A DNA stretch of 64,000 nt from Podarcis filfolensis (lineage: Eukaryota): NCBI GenBank assembly GCA_964270895.1, contig OZ185443.1. The stretch is one strand, 5' to 3'. A program made the translations under genes and the position numbers. The notes below the pieces were generated by a model, which was not told the origin of the DNA, ran no database searches, and worked only from the letters and a program-made list of their open reading frames with translations. Positions 48,720 to 61,441 of this stretch are shown piece by piece. Numbering within the stretch: the first letter of the stretch is position 1; the number at the start of each line of letters is the position of its first letter.

Positions 48720-50010
48720 TAGTCAAAATAGAAAGGGATTGTGAGGAATTCCAAATTGATCTCTCTAAACTGGGTAAATGGGCATTAGAACATCAAATGT
48801 GATTCAGTACAAGCAAGTGTAAAGTGATGCATACTGAGACCAAAAGAAATTTCCCATTGTCATATACATACTAATGTGGGCTGAAGATGTGGTGATTGAC
48901 TGATGGAGGGGGCGGTCTTAGCAGATAGCTTATTAAAGGTGGCAAATTAAGAGTGGGGACCCTTATGTCAATTAAAACAGAGAACTCCTCATTTTGTACA
49001 AAAATAAATTATTGTTGCATCAATATGATTTTTGTGATAAAAACAAAGAAAAACTTGCTTGCTTTATTTATTTGAGCATAAAAACTCTGAACCAGAGAAA
49101 GTCCCACTTAAGTCCCCTTGGAATTAACAGGACTTATGTTAGCTGTGAATACTTTGATCCCAATGTTATTGATAAGACTTATTTTTTTGTCTAAATTTCC
49201 CTCTGTTGGGGCCATAGCTTTCTATATTCCTGGAATCAGTAAGAAAATTGGCTCCAAAGCTTATCTGTTACAAAACAAAACACAAAACAAACTTCATCTA
49301 CTTGTTGGAGGTATACAATATTTTGACTCCATCTGGCACCGTTAGGTATTTCAGCCCAATCAGTTTCAACGCAACTTTCAGACTTCCAGCTTTCTCTGGC
49401 TGACACCCAGTATTTCCAGATTGTATCCATTGTCTTTGCTATGAATGTTATCCATTAGCAGCTTGTACGTCAGAACTTGCTCGTTTTTTGGCAGCTACCT
49501 TGGCCTGAGCTGCCTTACACTTCTTGGGTCATGGTGGTCAGGAGCCAGTTCCTGGTATTCAAAGCACAGGACATTTCCACATATTTGAAATAACTGTTCC
49601 TCTGTGTGCAGGAAATAATCATGTACTTTTTATAAAGATGCTTGGGCAGCAAGGTGAATTGAAAGAGATAACCTCATCAAACCCATTTATCCCCACTGAT
49701 CAAATAATAAAGGAACTGAAAGAGCCTGCTAGTGAAAACTATGGGTGGGTATAATATATTAGGTGGCAAGGTACCTTGTGTCTAACTGGACAGAGAACCT
49801 TATTTAGAAGAAGAAAGGTCAGCAAGGATTTCATGCAACAGGAATCACAAAATTTAAACTTAATAATTTACGTTTAATGCAATTAGTACACTTTACAACA
49901 GCAGTAAATATTTGCTTAGAATTTACTCTAGTTACAGAAACCATTCCAAAAACTACAATAATAACCCTTTTAAATGTGCTTGTGTTTTTGCTTTGTTTTT
50001 GTTTTTATTA

Positions 50011-50375
50011 CCGTATTTTTTGCACCATAACACTCACCATTTTCCTCCTAGAAAGTAAGGGGAAACGTCTGTGCGTGTTATGGAGCGAATGCCTGCGGGT
50101 GGCGGGGGGGATCTGCTGCAGTCATGAGCAGAGGATCCATGGTTCCCCTTCCTTCTCTCCTCCGTGGTTACAAAGCATGGATCCACATGGATCCTCAGGA
50201 TTTTTGCATTGGGCTACTCCAAACTCACTGTCAGATCACATGTCTGTGGCCACAGCATGAACCACAAAAATCATATATCCACTATTTCGTTTAGAATTTT
50301 TTTTCTCTTGTTTTCCTCCTCTAAAAACTACGTGCGTGTTATGGTCTGGTGCGTGTTATAGAGCGAAAAATACGG
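50011..50375. mobile_element. Tc2/pogo-type MITE inserted in an L2 3' end
   Basis: TIRs ccgtattttttgcaccataac / gttatagagcgaaaaatacgg with TA on both sides. The flanks (49970-50010 and 50378-50450) carry a T-rich L2 UTR and the tgtgaattgccctgag...gaagggcagtatac end motif. Confidence 0.8.
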
Positions 50376-51075
50376 TATGTATTTTGTAATTTTTTTATCT
50401 TGTATTTTCATGTTGTGAATTGCCCTGAGATATATGAATGAAGGGCAGTATACTATTAGTAGCAGCAATAGCAGTAGTAGTATTTTAGTATTAGTATTAG
50501 TATTAACAACCCCAAATAGTACAGATGAGGAAGTTATTTCTTGTTTGGTGACACATGCTATACAGGCACAGTCAATCCTATTTTTTCTGCACAGCTGTAC
50601 TTTCTATTCTGGTGTGAAACTCAGCTGCAGTGAAAATCACATGGACAAAAATGAATTGTGCTTGTCATTTGGCTAGGTGTTATATTTGGCATTGTGAGTC
50701 TATTCTTTTGTATATATAAAAAAGTTTTGCCTTGAGCAAAAGACACTAAATGCTTTGTGTTCAATAAATAAAAAGAAATAAAAATGGCTTTGTGCCCCCA
50801 GCAAGAAATTTTGATACTACAACATATACACAATACTGCACACTGTCAAGGTCATAACCAGAGATTTTGGGATGGGGAGGGGGATCTAAGAAGGTATAGA
50901 AATCATTGCAGAACAGAAATAAATAAATTCAAGTCCTGGGTACAGTGCATTTCTGTATCTGTTTAACTGGAATGGAGTCGTTCCACACACTTGATTATAT
51001 TAAATATTGCTTTAATAGTGTGTTCATCAGTTTATACCACTGCATTCATAGGTCAAAACACTGGAAGGCGACTCA

Positions 51076-51165
51076 TATGTTAGTAACCTCAAGTCTGGAT
51101 TACTGTAATGCGCTCTATGTGGAGCTGCCCTATTCGATGGCCAGAGGATTGCATCTGGTGTCAGA
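51076..51165 (+). mobile_element. L2 ORF2 fragment
   Basis: LVTSSLDYCNALYVELP matches the L2 LVTSRLDYCNALYxGLP motif. Confidence 0.8.
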
Positions 51166-51390
51166 GCTTCAGTGTTAAAGATCAGCCTGTTCTGCTCTCA
51201 GTTGTTCACTCTATTTTCTCAAAAACAAGCTACATGGATGCTTACACAGCTTCTATGCCCACAACAGCTTCGGAATAAGATTCCTCCCGGGCACCAAGGC
51301 CAGTAAAATCTGAGTCTGCTTCTCCCTGACTACATATTATATGATTCAGGGTCAAAATCAAATGTGCCACAGCACCTGTCTTTTTTGCTA

Positions 51391-51728
51391 TTGAAGGAAT
51401 GTCTCCACCCGCACCGTTCAGCCCAGACACTGAGGCCCAACTCCGAGGGCCTTCTGGGAGTTCCTTCAGTGCAAGAAGTGAGGTTACAGGGAACCAGACA
51501 GAGGGCCTTCTCGGTAGTGGTGCCTGCCCTGTGGAACACCCTCCCATCAGATGTCAAGTAGATAAACAACTATCGGACTTTTAGAAGTCAACAGCAGCCC
51601 TGTTTAGGGAAGCTTTTAATGTTTGATGTTTGATGTTTTTAATATGCTATTGGGAGCTACCCAGAGTGGCTGGGGAAACCCAGCCAGATGGGTGGAGTAT
51701 AAATAATAAATTATTATTAGTAGTAGTA
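51391..51728 (+). mobile_element. 5'-truncated, relatively young L2 LINE
   Basis: LKECLHPHRSAQTLR...EVRLQGTRQRAFSVVVPALWNTLPSDVK, then a 3' UTR shared with 14413 and a (TTA/TAG)n tail. Confidence 0.9.
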
Positions 51729-53545
51729 TTTTAAGGCAGGTGAGTCAAGCGGCCTTATGGTGTCTTTTTTAAAGGTCTAAAAGGGTGGATTCAGCTGAGC
51801 TTCCCCATAATATTGGGGCCATGATTGGTACTGAAATGCAATATTGAATATACTATCAATGGCCTACCAGCAGACATTTGTAAAACAACTAGAAGGACCT
51901 GTTTCTCGCCAAGGTATTTCTAGAAATAGCAAAGTGGATGTGCCTTGGAAATGGCTGTTCCTCTGAGAACCCCAATGTGAAATAATTATACATTTAATTA
52001 AACACACATGTTTGTTGCACTCACAAAGTCCTAGACCACCGTGTCAGGTTCCACCCAATAAAACTGAACTGCTAGGGCTTAATTGATACCATTTATCTGT
52101 ACTCTTACTGTTTGAGGAATGCTTTAATACCTGGCCTTTTTAGTCTAGCTATAGTTCAAGGGTTGTTTTCTTTTATATCAGAGCAAACTTTTTATAATAA
52201 TTTATTCTGTGTTGACACTATTGTTACTCTAAGTGACCCCCAATATCCCTTTTCTTTTCTATCTCATGGGAACACCAGAAACAGTATAACTCTGCAAACT
52301 AAAAATGAAGACGTTGTTGTGAGTTTGAGCTTGAAGTACACAAAGAAAGACAGTAGTATAGTCACTACAGTGGGTGTGACATTAGATTGGTTTTATTTCT
52401 GTCCTTTCAATGCAGCTTATGGAAAGTCAAATCACCTTACCTTCACTCGCTCCTTCTTTCCCCCCTTCTTTTCATTCTTATCCCCATATGAACTTTGGTT
52501 TCCCTTTTCAGTGGTCTATTTATATATATTTACTTCTTCTCATTTTGAATCTTGTGTTTGAATCTTGTGTTTGCCTTGAATGTCCAAGATGGTCATAGAC
52601 AAGTCATGCTCTCTCAGCCTTGCAATTAAGAGTTAATCTTCACAGTTTATAAGAAAATGTATGTAAAGTACTTTGAATATTTGAAAGTGTAATATAAATA
52701 CTCAGAATTATTATTATAAGAAATCATAATAATACGTAAATCATCATCACTATTGAGAACATATTTCTCATAACATTTCTCTACATAATTAAAATCTCTG
52801 CAAATAATGATGCCAAATGCCAATTTCACCATTTGCTTCTATTTAGTACCCTGAATTCAATGACAGCTCTGTTATCTGATTCCTACTGTCTCAGAGCTCT
52901 GTATCTTTAATTTTTGATAACTAAATATTCATTTATTCCTCTGTATTATTTTAAATACCTCTTAACTGGAGCTTGATTTAATTTCATACTTGAAAGGAAG
53001 TGAATCCATTGTCTGCATGACAAAATAAGTCTGCAGAAGCCTTGTCATTAAATCAACTGAACTACATTCGGATGGTAATTAGACACTTGTTATCATTAGT
53101 GGGAGAAAATGTACAAACAAATGACTGGGTAGCCTACAACAACATAAAATCATGCCAATTAAACATTTTACAGGTAGCATTAATCATATACCATCATGGA
53201 CAGCCTCCTCAAGAAAATTATTTTAACAAAGAGAAGCGTAAAACAGGGTAACTTCCATATTAAACAGGATGTGCAAGAAACTCACACTTGCTGTTTACTG
53301 CTGAAGCTGTCACATTTGAGGCCACTTCTTTGGTAACAGCCACCATTTCAACATTACTGAAGAAATAATATAGTCAAGTCACATGTTTCCTGTTTATACA
53401 ATAGAAGCCATCACAACTGAAAGAAGTCTCTTTGTGAAGCTTTCCATAATTTTGTCTGCAGAACTAAACAAATTATGAGTTGAAATTGGAGCTTTAGTTT
53501 CCCCATGAAGTAGCTCCATCCTTTCTCTACATTCTTTCTCTAGAA

Positions 53546-53633
53546 CAGCCTTCCTCAACCTGGTGCCTTCCAAACATATTGGACTACAACTCCCACCAGC
53601 CCCAGCAAGCACAGTCATGGTCCAAGACATCTG
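53546..53633. mobile_element. Partial hAT-type palindromic MITE
   Basis: cagccttcctcaacctggtgccttcca...ggactacaactcccaccagcccc family signature. Confidence 0.6.
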
Positions 53634-54439
53634 TGATTGTACCAGGGTGGGGTAGACCGATTTAACATATCTTTGCTCCTTCTCCTGTTATGTATTCATG
53701 AAGTTTTATATAACAGATCATATCAATTTTATTTCACTGACTTTCCTAGATTTGCTTCTGCCCTCTTCATGTTTCTTCCTGCTTTCCTTTTCTTAGTTTA
53801 CTGTCATTTTTCTTCTGTCCTGTTTAGCTTTCAATGTTTAATTTCCACCTTAGAAGCACGTTACTAAATAGAACATAGAAACCCTCACTATGGACTCAGC
53901 TACATTGGCAAAGAAAAAGCGCTTTATATGTGTTAAAACACTGTGATACCAGATGGCACTGTGGAGTCCTGTCTTTCACCAGTGTGATTTCCCTTTATGA
54001 AGTTTAGAACACGTTTTCCTGAAATGCTTTCTTGATGTGTCTAGATCCAGCCTGTATCCCTTGAATAAAGGGACAAAAGATTGACACTGTGCTATAGTCT
54101 TTGCAACACCACAGGAAGGCAGTCAAGTATTATTGCCTTCTTACTGAAAATTGAGGGGTGGAGTGTTTGAAAGTAAATAGCTTGTCAAAAGCCACCTAGT
54201 AAGTTTATGGTGGTCAAAGGGAGATTCAGTCTGGGGACTTCCATATTCATAGCTCATTATCATAACCACAGCACTATTTTATTTTGTGTAACATCCGGTT
54301 ATTTCAACTCATGGACAGAAAAAACAGTTGAAAGATCTTCCGTTTTGTGTATTTTCCTTCGAAAAGAGCCATTGAACCCAACTGTGCTTAGTTCTGTGTA
54401 AATATGTATTGTATTGCTCATTTTTGTTTCAAATATTTA

Positions 54440-54700
54440 TATGTAGCCCTTCATCCAATTCAGGTTCCAGAATGGCATATATCTCATATGGCAATATGGG
54501 TGCCAGGCAAGCCGCTGAGGTGCTCCAAAGCTTCATTACCACTACTGAAAAAAGCCTTCTTCCTTCTGGTTTAATAACACACTTATGATATAGAAGGCAA
54601 CTGGTGAAGGACATAAATGGAAGATCTAAGCTGGTATGGGAAGAGGTGCTCTTTAAGTATGTGTGTCCCAAGCCATTTAAGCCTTTAAATTCAGACTGGT
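54440..54700 (-). mobile_element. Old L2 ORF2 C-terminal fragment
   Basis: Minus strand reads GLGHTYLK...RRLFSVVVMKLWS, a decayed form of GLGPxYLK...RAFSVVAPxLWN. Confidence 0.6.
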
Positions 54701-56064
54701 ATTGTGAAAAGATGTTTCAAAGATCAGAGGTGATTATATCCTAACAGTTCTATTTTTCATATCAGTTTGTGTAATCAGACAATGTTCCAGCTTCCACAGT
54801 AAGCCCCTTCTTAAGACAGAAATGAATTATTGCCCTGTGCCTGCTGAAATACTACCAGCTAGCATAGGATGGCTGTGTGCACCTATCAGATATTTTTCTT
54901 CCACACCAGAGAAGCTTTATTGAAAAGGTAAGAACTTAATATTTAGCAATAAAACTCCAAGAAGAAACTGGCCACATGAAATGATTATCCCTTATGTTTC
55001 TGGACATTCTGAAGATACGTTACATTTTCTTATTAGTACTTATGCCTTCTTTTTGATGGGATGTTTTGGAAGAACAGCTTGCACTTATAATCAGCACAAT
55101 TTATCACCTATCCCCCAAAGTACCCTGCTGTTGAAATGCCTGACATATATATTAGGTGTTGTGGATTTAGCAAAAATTGAATTATAAATTGCCTTGCCAG
55201 CTTTGCCTCTGGAAATAATGAAAAACCTAGCTAAAGAAAAGTTCTATTGAAGGATTTATTTTAAGTGGCTATAGCAAAAGAACAACACAATCTGCATTCA
55301 TCAACTCTTATTCTTGCATGAACAGAATGGACTTTTGACTCTATAAAGGCTTTTGTGTTTGAGCAGCTCAAGCTTGGATCATTTTCAGTTTTGCTGCACA
55401 TTGTCTAAAAGACCAAAATCCACTATAACAACAAAGTAACTTATGTTCATGCTAAGCTCAGTGAATTGAGATAACAGTTGCAACTCATTTATAGTGTAGA
55501 TACTATTGAAATCAATAGAGTTGCTCAAAAGCACAAATAAGCACAGAACCTGATGTAAACTGCGTCTATTGCTGGAGTTTAAATTGCATATATTGCTATG
55601 ATTTAGCAGGATTCATTCTAAACAAGTCTTTCAAGACTAGCTATTGAGAACTAAACCACATACTGATTGACAACCAGCCATAAACACACATTTGTCCTTG
55701 GAAACAAGTCTCTACTTCTAACTATGTGTTTTTGCCTAAATAGACTTACATGATCATGACACGTTTTTTAGGCTAGCAATTGCTCCTGTTTCTTCTGGGT
55801 CACCTAAGCCTTGTACAAGCTCAAGACCTTTTGCATTTTCATTGTCCTGGAATCATGAATGAGCAGCTTTTCTTTTAGGTCATGCATCTAAATGGCCTAT
55901 AACAAGGGGGCCAACAAACTTCCAACTGCCAGGGCCCACTTGGGAAAGATGCAAATTACTGAGGCCGATCAGTCGCAAAATGGTGGAGCAAGCGCCATAA
56001 TCAGGGCAGCTGGAGGTGGAGTCTGGCATAGTCAGATGGTAATTATGGATATTTTCTAAACATA

Positions 56065-56345
56065 TCTATTTCCTCTTTGGAAATAGTTAAAATCTTTGCC
56101 ACAGTGATTTCCTTGTGGTAAGGAGTTCAATAGTTCAGTTTTCCTCAAGTGAAGTACAGGCCCTGGTTCTTGAGGGACTGTCACTCAGCACCCTCATTTT
56201 TAGGCAGAATTTGCTGATCCACAGGCTCCGAGTGAAGAAAACCTCTTAGTCAATATTCTTCCCTTTTCCATACACCTCTCAAAAGTACTTCTATTCATCT
56301 TCTATAATTTCTCCTCCCCATTTTCACACTTTTACATTATCTCCC
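56065..56345 (-). mobile_element. Ancient CR1 3' ORF2 fragment
   Basis: atctatttcctctttgga...ccttgtggtaaggagttcaatagttc...cttttccatacacctc resembles the reverse-strand CR1 3' region recalled from memory; heavily diverged. Confidence 0.4.
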
Positions 56346-57169
56346 AAAGACTGCCAGTTTCATTTATTCCTCCTCCCTGCTTCTTTTGCATTCACTTTCT
56401 TCTCCTTCCTCCTCTCTCTTGTTTCTCTTCCCTTTGGCTCCCAGTTTATTTCATACTATTAATATTAAAAATAATAAATTTTAAATTTCTTTTAAATTTC
56501 ATTCAACACCTCCGCTGATTCTTTCCCTCAAAGGAGGGAGTCTTCCCTTCCCCCCTAGTCAGGCTTACCTGTCCCCTGCCATCTTTAGTCAGCATACGAG
56601 GAAGTTGCAACTGTCCAACAAAGGCTGCGTTCATGCTCTTTGCTGTGCATTCAATGTGTTTCCAGTGCTGAGTTTTTAATCCATACCAAATCCTGTCCAC
56701 TGATGAGTCAATATGAGGCACTACCTTGAGTAGCAGTGCCTGCCTCACCTCCACCACCCAACTGACCAGCAGTGGCACCAGTTTCTGCCAAGATCTGTGT
56801 GTAATCCCACTCTGCTCCGCCTCAGCCCCCCATACGTTTTCATGACATCTTTATGATGTTTAGGGGCTGCTTCCGGGTTCAGCGTCATGTGCAGGTGTAC
56901 AGTCACACATCATTCAGGCACGCCTAAACTGGGAGTTGCATGTACTACCACATTATTGCTGCCTGGAAGGGCTCTGGTTCAGCAAAATGAGGGGGAGGGG
57001 CAGTGTTATGCAACCCAGATAATTTTTGGTATGAAAAGGTATAAGATTTAGGTAGGAAGTTACAGGATATGCACTGACTGGAAATGAAGCAGTATGACCA
57101 TCTTGGAGCATCTGCAATTGCATACAGTATTGAAAGACCAATGAGGGACCCTAAAATGTATTTTATATA

Positions 57170-57275
57170 ATTGACCTTTTATTTCTATTCTTTGTATATC
57201 GTATTGTTGTTTTATTGCTATGGCCGATGGCTGACGCAAATAAAGATTCATTCATACATACATACATACATACAT
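57170..57275 (+). mobile_element. LINE-like 3' terminus with AATAAA and (CATA)n tail
   Basis: T-rich UTR, then ctatggccgatggctgacgcaaataaag followed by a simple-repeat tail. Family not assigned. Confidence 0.45.
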
Positions 57276-59084
57276 CCCTCTTGTGTGTGAATGGTACTGT
57301 TTTGGTTCCATAAGCAATGGTCCTCATTTCTGAATGTTTGAAAAAAGGGGATCATTACAAAAAAGCCCTGCAGCAGCAAAATGCTTCCTTTAAAATGCTG
57401 ACACAACGGCCAGCCCATCACATCAGCAGACTAGTACTAGTACTCAAAAAGTTCCCAGTCCACTATTTCTCACTTTCTACAACCAACCTCTTCAAGTAAT
57501 TTTCTTGCTTCCTCACCTTAAGGAAAATATTTTTCCAGCACAGATAATTAAAGAGATGCCAGAGACATAAAGAACTTACCATATAAATTGCTTTGCACTT
57601 TTAAAAATACAAAAATAAAATAATGTTAACTTATGGAGAGGTGATGTAATAGACAGCTGAAACCTTGGCAATGTATTCAGTGATTCAGTTATTTGATAGT
57701 TATTTGCTCAGTTTCTTCCTTATACATAACTGATATAAACATATAATGCTGTACAGGTATTGTTGGAATTGATCAATGTTATTTTACCATAAAATTAATA
57801 ACATATTCTAAATAAAAAATGACATGAACATCTGATGGGTGCCATTGATCGGTACCATTTTTTGTGATGTTTTTGTAGTTCCTTACAGGCTTACATGCTA
57901 GAGGAGCCAGCGTTTTGCAAACTTTATGCAATACACACAAAAACCCACCTTTATTTCTTTGTCAATATCAGCTGATCAATAAACCTTGCCAGTATACTTG
58001 TATTTTAAAGCCAATTTCACATAGCAAAGTCAAAAGAGGGCAAGAAACTAAGAATGCTGCAAGTTATAGATACATCATCTGATTGTTAACTAATTCTTAA
58101 GCCTAGAATCAAAGCAACTGCTAAGGCTGCAAAGCCCTTTTTGTTCTCCTATACCTCTTAAAACCTTCTAATCTTTAAACAAACAAACAAAATTAATCAC
58201 TGCATTATTCTGTGGTTTTAGCATGGTTGTTTAACACTGTGGAATCCATCCCTTCAGCCTTCTGTATTAATTGATTGTTGCTGCAATCCCCCCCCCCCCA
58301 TGCGAAATGGTTATCTTGTTATTATTAACTGCTTTATTGATTCATGTTTTATTGGCTTTGTGTTTTCTTTTCTGTTTTATCTTGTATGTCACCCAAACTG
58401 AACAAATAATGTTAATAATATATTTTTAAAAGAAATCCAAAGAAAGAAAATGGCAGGTGAATCTGACAGACAGGAGACTTTATATCTTCACTACAACAAG
58501 AGATAAACGAAGGACATACAAATCCATCAACGATTCTCTTGCCAAATTAAAACAGCCACCACAATGGGTTGTCCCAGGTAAGAAGAATAATTTTATCCTC
58601 CAGCCAGAGGTTTTGCCAGGCTACATAGCAAATAGTTTCACAAAGCCCTAATAAACCACTGAACACAGGGTTACTTCAATGAAAATGCTGACAGGTCCTT
58701 AACTAGAATGGTGTGAACAGCCCTGTTGTAATAAGCAGTAATTTAAAGGCTGTGGGCTAGTCAGCTATTAGTGCTAGTAAACAAGTGGCCCTGATGGGAT
58801 TTCAAATTAGAACTTCAAGGGAATCGTTCAATATGTAACTCTGCTCTTTTTTTACACCTAGCACAAAAGGGAAACTTTACATTGCAACATTACATTACCC
58901 AGCAATTCACTTGCTTGATAGGCAACAGGTTCTGAAAGCATGTTATACAGTATACTCATTAAGAACAGGTTACTCGATTGCAGCAGATGCCATCACAAAA
59001 ACTTCTTTTACTAGTACTATAATTACATGCATCTATTCTTCAAGCAGAGTCTGCATAGTGATCCATTGGGGGTGGCAGTACTCT

Positions 59085-59157
59085 AGCTCTGGATTTCTTC
59101 CTCTGAGCAAGAATTTGAACTAGGTGACCTACAGAGTTCCCTCCAATTTCATGATTC
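59085..59157 (+). mobile_element. Degenerate CR1 3' tail
   Basis: gaactaggtgacctacagagttccctccaatttcatgattc parallels the CR1-type tail at 24768-24816. Confidence 0.55.
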
Positions 59158-60989
59158 CTCATTGTGCACATTGGGGCTTGTGCACACTGAAAACCAATAG
59201 TCCAATTCAAAGCTCAGGCATCTGCCAATACAATGAGTTACTTGCATGCCCGGCTCAGATCCACCCAGGCCTCAAATCCATTGATTAGGGTGGAGCTGGC
59301 ATTCATGGCCCCACACATCCTGCAACAGGGCTGTAGGCAAATGTTCTACAAGTTCTGTTTTTAAAATTGCACTGCTAAACAATAACAACTCGAGGATCCT
59401 GCAGAGGAATCATGCTCCAGCTGCAAGCAAGCCACACAAGTGCAAGGAGGGCAGCTCCCAAATAATTTAATGCAGGCACACTTGGTGCTAAGCCAATTTG
59501 GCGTCACTGAAATGTGTGAGGAAAACGGAGTGTTTCAGTACTACAGTTCATAAATTAGATAAATGCAGAAAATTTGGTTCAGTTCCTGAGACTTCAATGG
59601 AGCTGAACTAACTTAAGTACAAATAGGCTGCCTTAAGTCATTTGCAAGCTTAAAATATGTTTGTGTGTGTACACAGGTAATCAATGCGAGCCTGTCACCT
59701 TAATCCAGCGATCTCTTCCAGGTGTGGCACTCCTGCCCACACTCTGCAACTGCTCTCCCCAACATTTTAATAAGGGGAACTGTTCTGTTTGCGTAGTTCT
59801 TTGGCACACAGAAGCCTGCCCCCTTCACTGGAATGAAGGTCACAGGACAACCTATGCCTGGAAAATGTGTGAATCTAAAAAGCAACATACACACATGTCC
59901 ATATGATATATTCAACCAACTATTTCTAAAGGCAGTACCAATCCATAAAAGAAGAAGAAGAAATTGGATTTGATAACAAATATTACTTGTTAACCAGAAT
60001 AGATGTATTATTTTTTTAAAAAAATTCACTGACTGCCTTGATTTGGGGGCAAACTAACAAATCTGGTTTACACAGAAGACACCAATGTTAAAAGAAAATG
60101 ATGTCTTATTACATAAAAACCACCAGGTTTATATATCAGTGATTAGCACTGCAGTGGGGCAGACAATGACTGTAAGCTGCATGTTCTATGCTTTAGAGGC
60201 TTTTATAGCTTTTAATTTATCAAAGGAAATAATTAGCACACTTTGTGGCAGTCAGTGATGGAATTTATTCATTTGGAAGGCATTGGTTTCCTGTCATTAA
60301 AACAACATCATGTCCTTCCTTTTCTATTAAACTTGAACTGAGGGCAGTAAGAAGTCACTAAAAGGAAATGAAGAGGTTTTTTGGCAGTGCTCTCTTGCAA
60401 TGATTTAATGCTGCTTAAAGATAGCAATCCCATAATCCATGCCAACAAATGTATTCTAAATGATCAAGCTTCCAATTAGTGCACTGTTCCTTTTATTTGA
60501 TGCTTGTTTGCGGTCCAACTAACTCTGATTTGCTAAATCACTTACATTTTCTATTACATCAAGGAATGTTTCCTCCAACACTGTAATCCCTAATTATCAT
60601 TAGCTGTTTCTTTTTGTATGTGTTTCTGTGCAGCAAAGGATAATAGGTTTATATTCAGTGGCTATATATTGAGACGATTAATGCTTTGCTTCAGAAGTGA
60701 TCAGTCGCATACCGTGCATCTGAGAATAATTCTGGCCACAACAAGTTATCTAGTAGTGTTTCTGGCTGGAGTCTGCAAAGAAAAATATAATCTGCATCTT
60801 TTAAAGTCAACCTTCAAAATAATTTAAACCCCAAGTGCCAAGCAGATTGGGATAGTTTGCACGGCTCGTTCTGTTTTGTTGTTTCACAGAGGGTCTCAAG
60901 AATCAGTGAGCATGGACAGTGAATTATATTTTCACCCCCAGAACTAGGTGGTCCCTGGATGTCATGACCGAGGCGCACTAATGGCAGAG

Positions 60990-61250
60990 AGAGAATGATC
61001 TATCTTCAATAGTTGCATTAAATAAGAGACAGAGATTAGGAGAGAGAGCAATGTAGAGGCCAAAACACCAAGATCAACATTTCCCCCTGTGATTTCTCCT
61101 TCTTCCCAAGCCTTTAATGCAAAATAATTCATGGTTCTGAATCGAGGCCCGAAGCCAGATTGAAATAAATCCAGATAGTCATTTTCCTCCAACCACATCT
61201 GAGCGTGACCAGCCACCACTGATTCAACAGACTTGTCTATCCACCCCAAA
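60990..61250 (-). mobile_element. L2 reverse-transcriptase fragment
   Basis: Minus strand reads KSVESVVAGHAQMWLEENDYLDLFQSGFGPRF (L2 DYLDPFQSGFRP motif), with a frameshifted TLLxLLDLSAAFDTIDH-like segment ending IDH near 60995. Confidence 0.75.
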
Positions 61251-61441
61251 TGGTCTTTGAATTTATAGTTCTGTGTAAGTGTCTATAATTCATGTACAGT
61301 GACTGAGGCTTCCATCCATTGCAGTGTTGGATGGTCCATTTGCTGTTGTTCTGGAGGAAGGTTCCAAGTGATGAGGAAGTATCCTGGCAATACTGTATTA
61401 CTATGACTTTACTATGTTACTTGTATTACTATATTACTTAT

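Larger units (their letters stand above)
48085..48900 (+). mobile_element. CR1 ORF2 reverse-transcriptase fragment, interrupted twice
   Basis: Decayed frame reads KLSSHGIKGEIL / (VPQG-like)...VLFNLSINEL...KLAD..DSKLFKV / VKIERDCEEFQIDLSKLGKWA..QM*FSTSKCKVMH. This is the CR1 RT motif order, with stops and frameshifts. Confidence 0.85.

Noticed and set aside
49350-49490. Minus-strand peptide YNLEILGVSQ resembling an RTE endonuclease motif
   Set aside because: The match is short, no other endonuclease motifs flank it, and the frame stops within a few codons.
52112-52561. 149-aa ORF, and a 75-nt minus-strand open frame (52441-52515) ending at a strong donor
   Set aside because: The ORF is low-complexity F/S-rich with no homology I recognise. 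The putative acceptor for the minus-strand frame has no pyrimidine tract.
54721-54735. Partial match to miR-383 (agatcaga-ggtgatt)
   Set aside because: It has a gap, the 3' end diverges, and there is no precursor hairpin.
55147-55157. Partial match to the 3' half of miR-190 (atatattaggt)
   Set aside because: The seed region is absent and there is no hairpin.
58556-58577. Good-Kozak ATG reading MGCP followed by a strong donor (cag|gtaaga)
   Set aside because: No promoter or CpG context, a poor upstream acceptor, and only four codons, which is easily chance.
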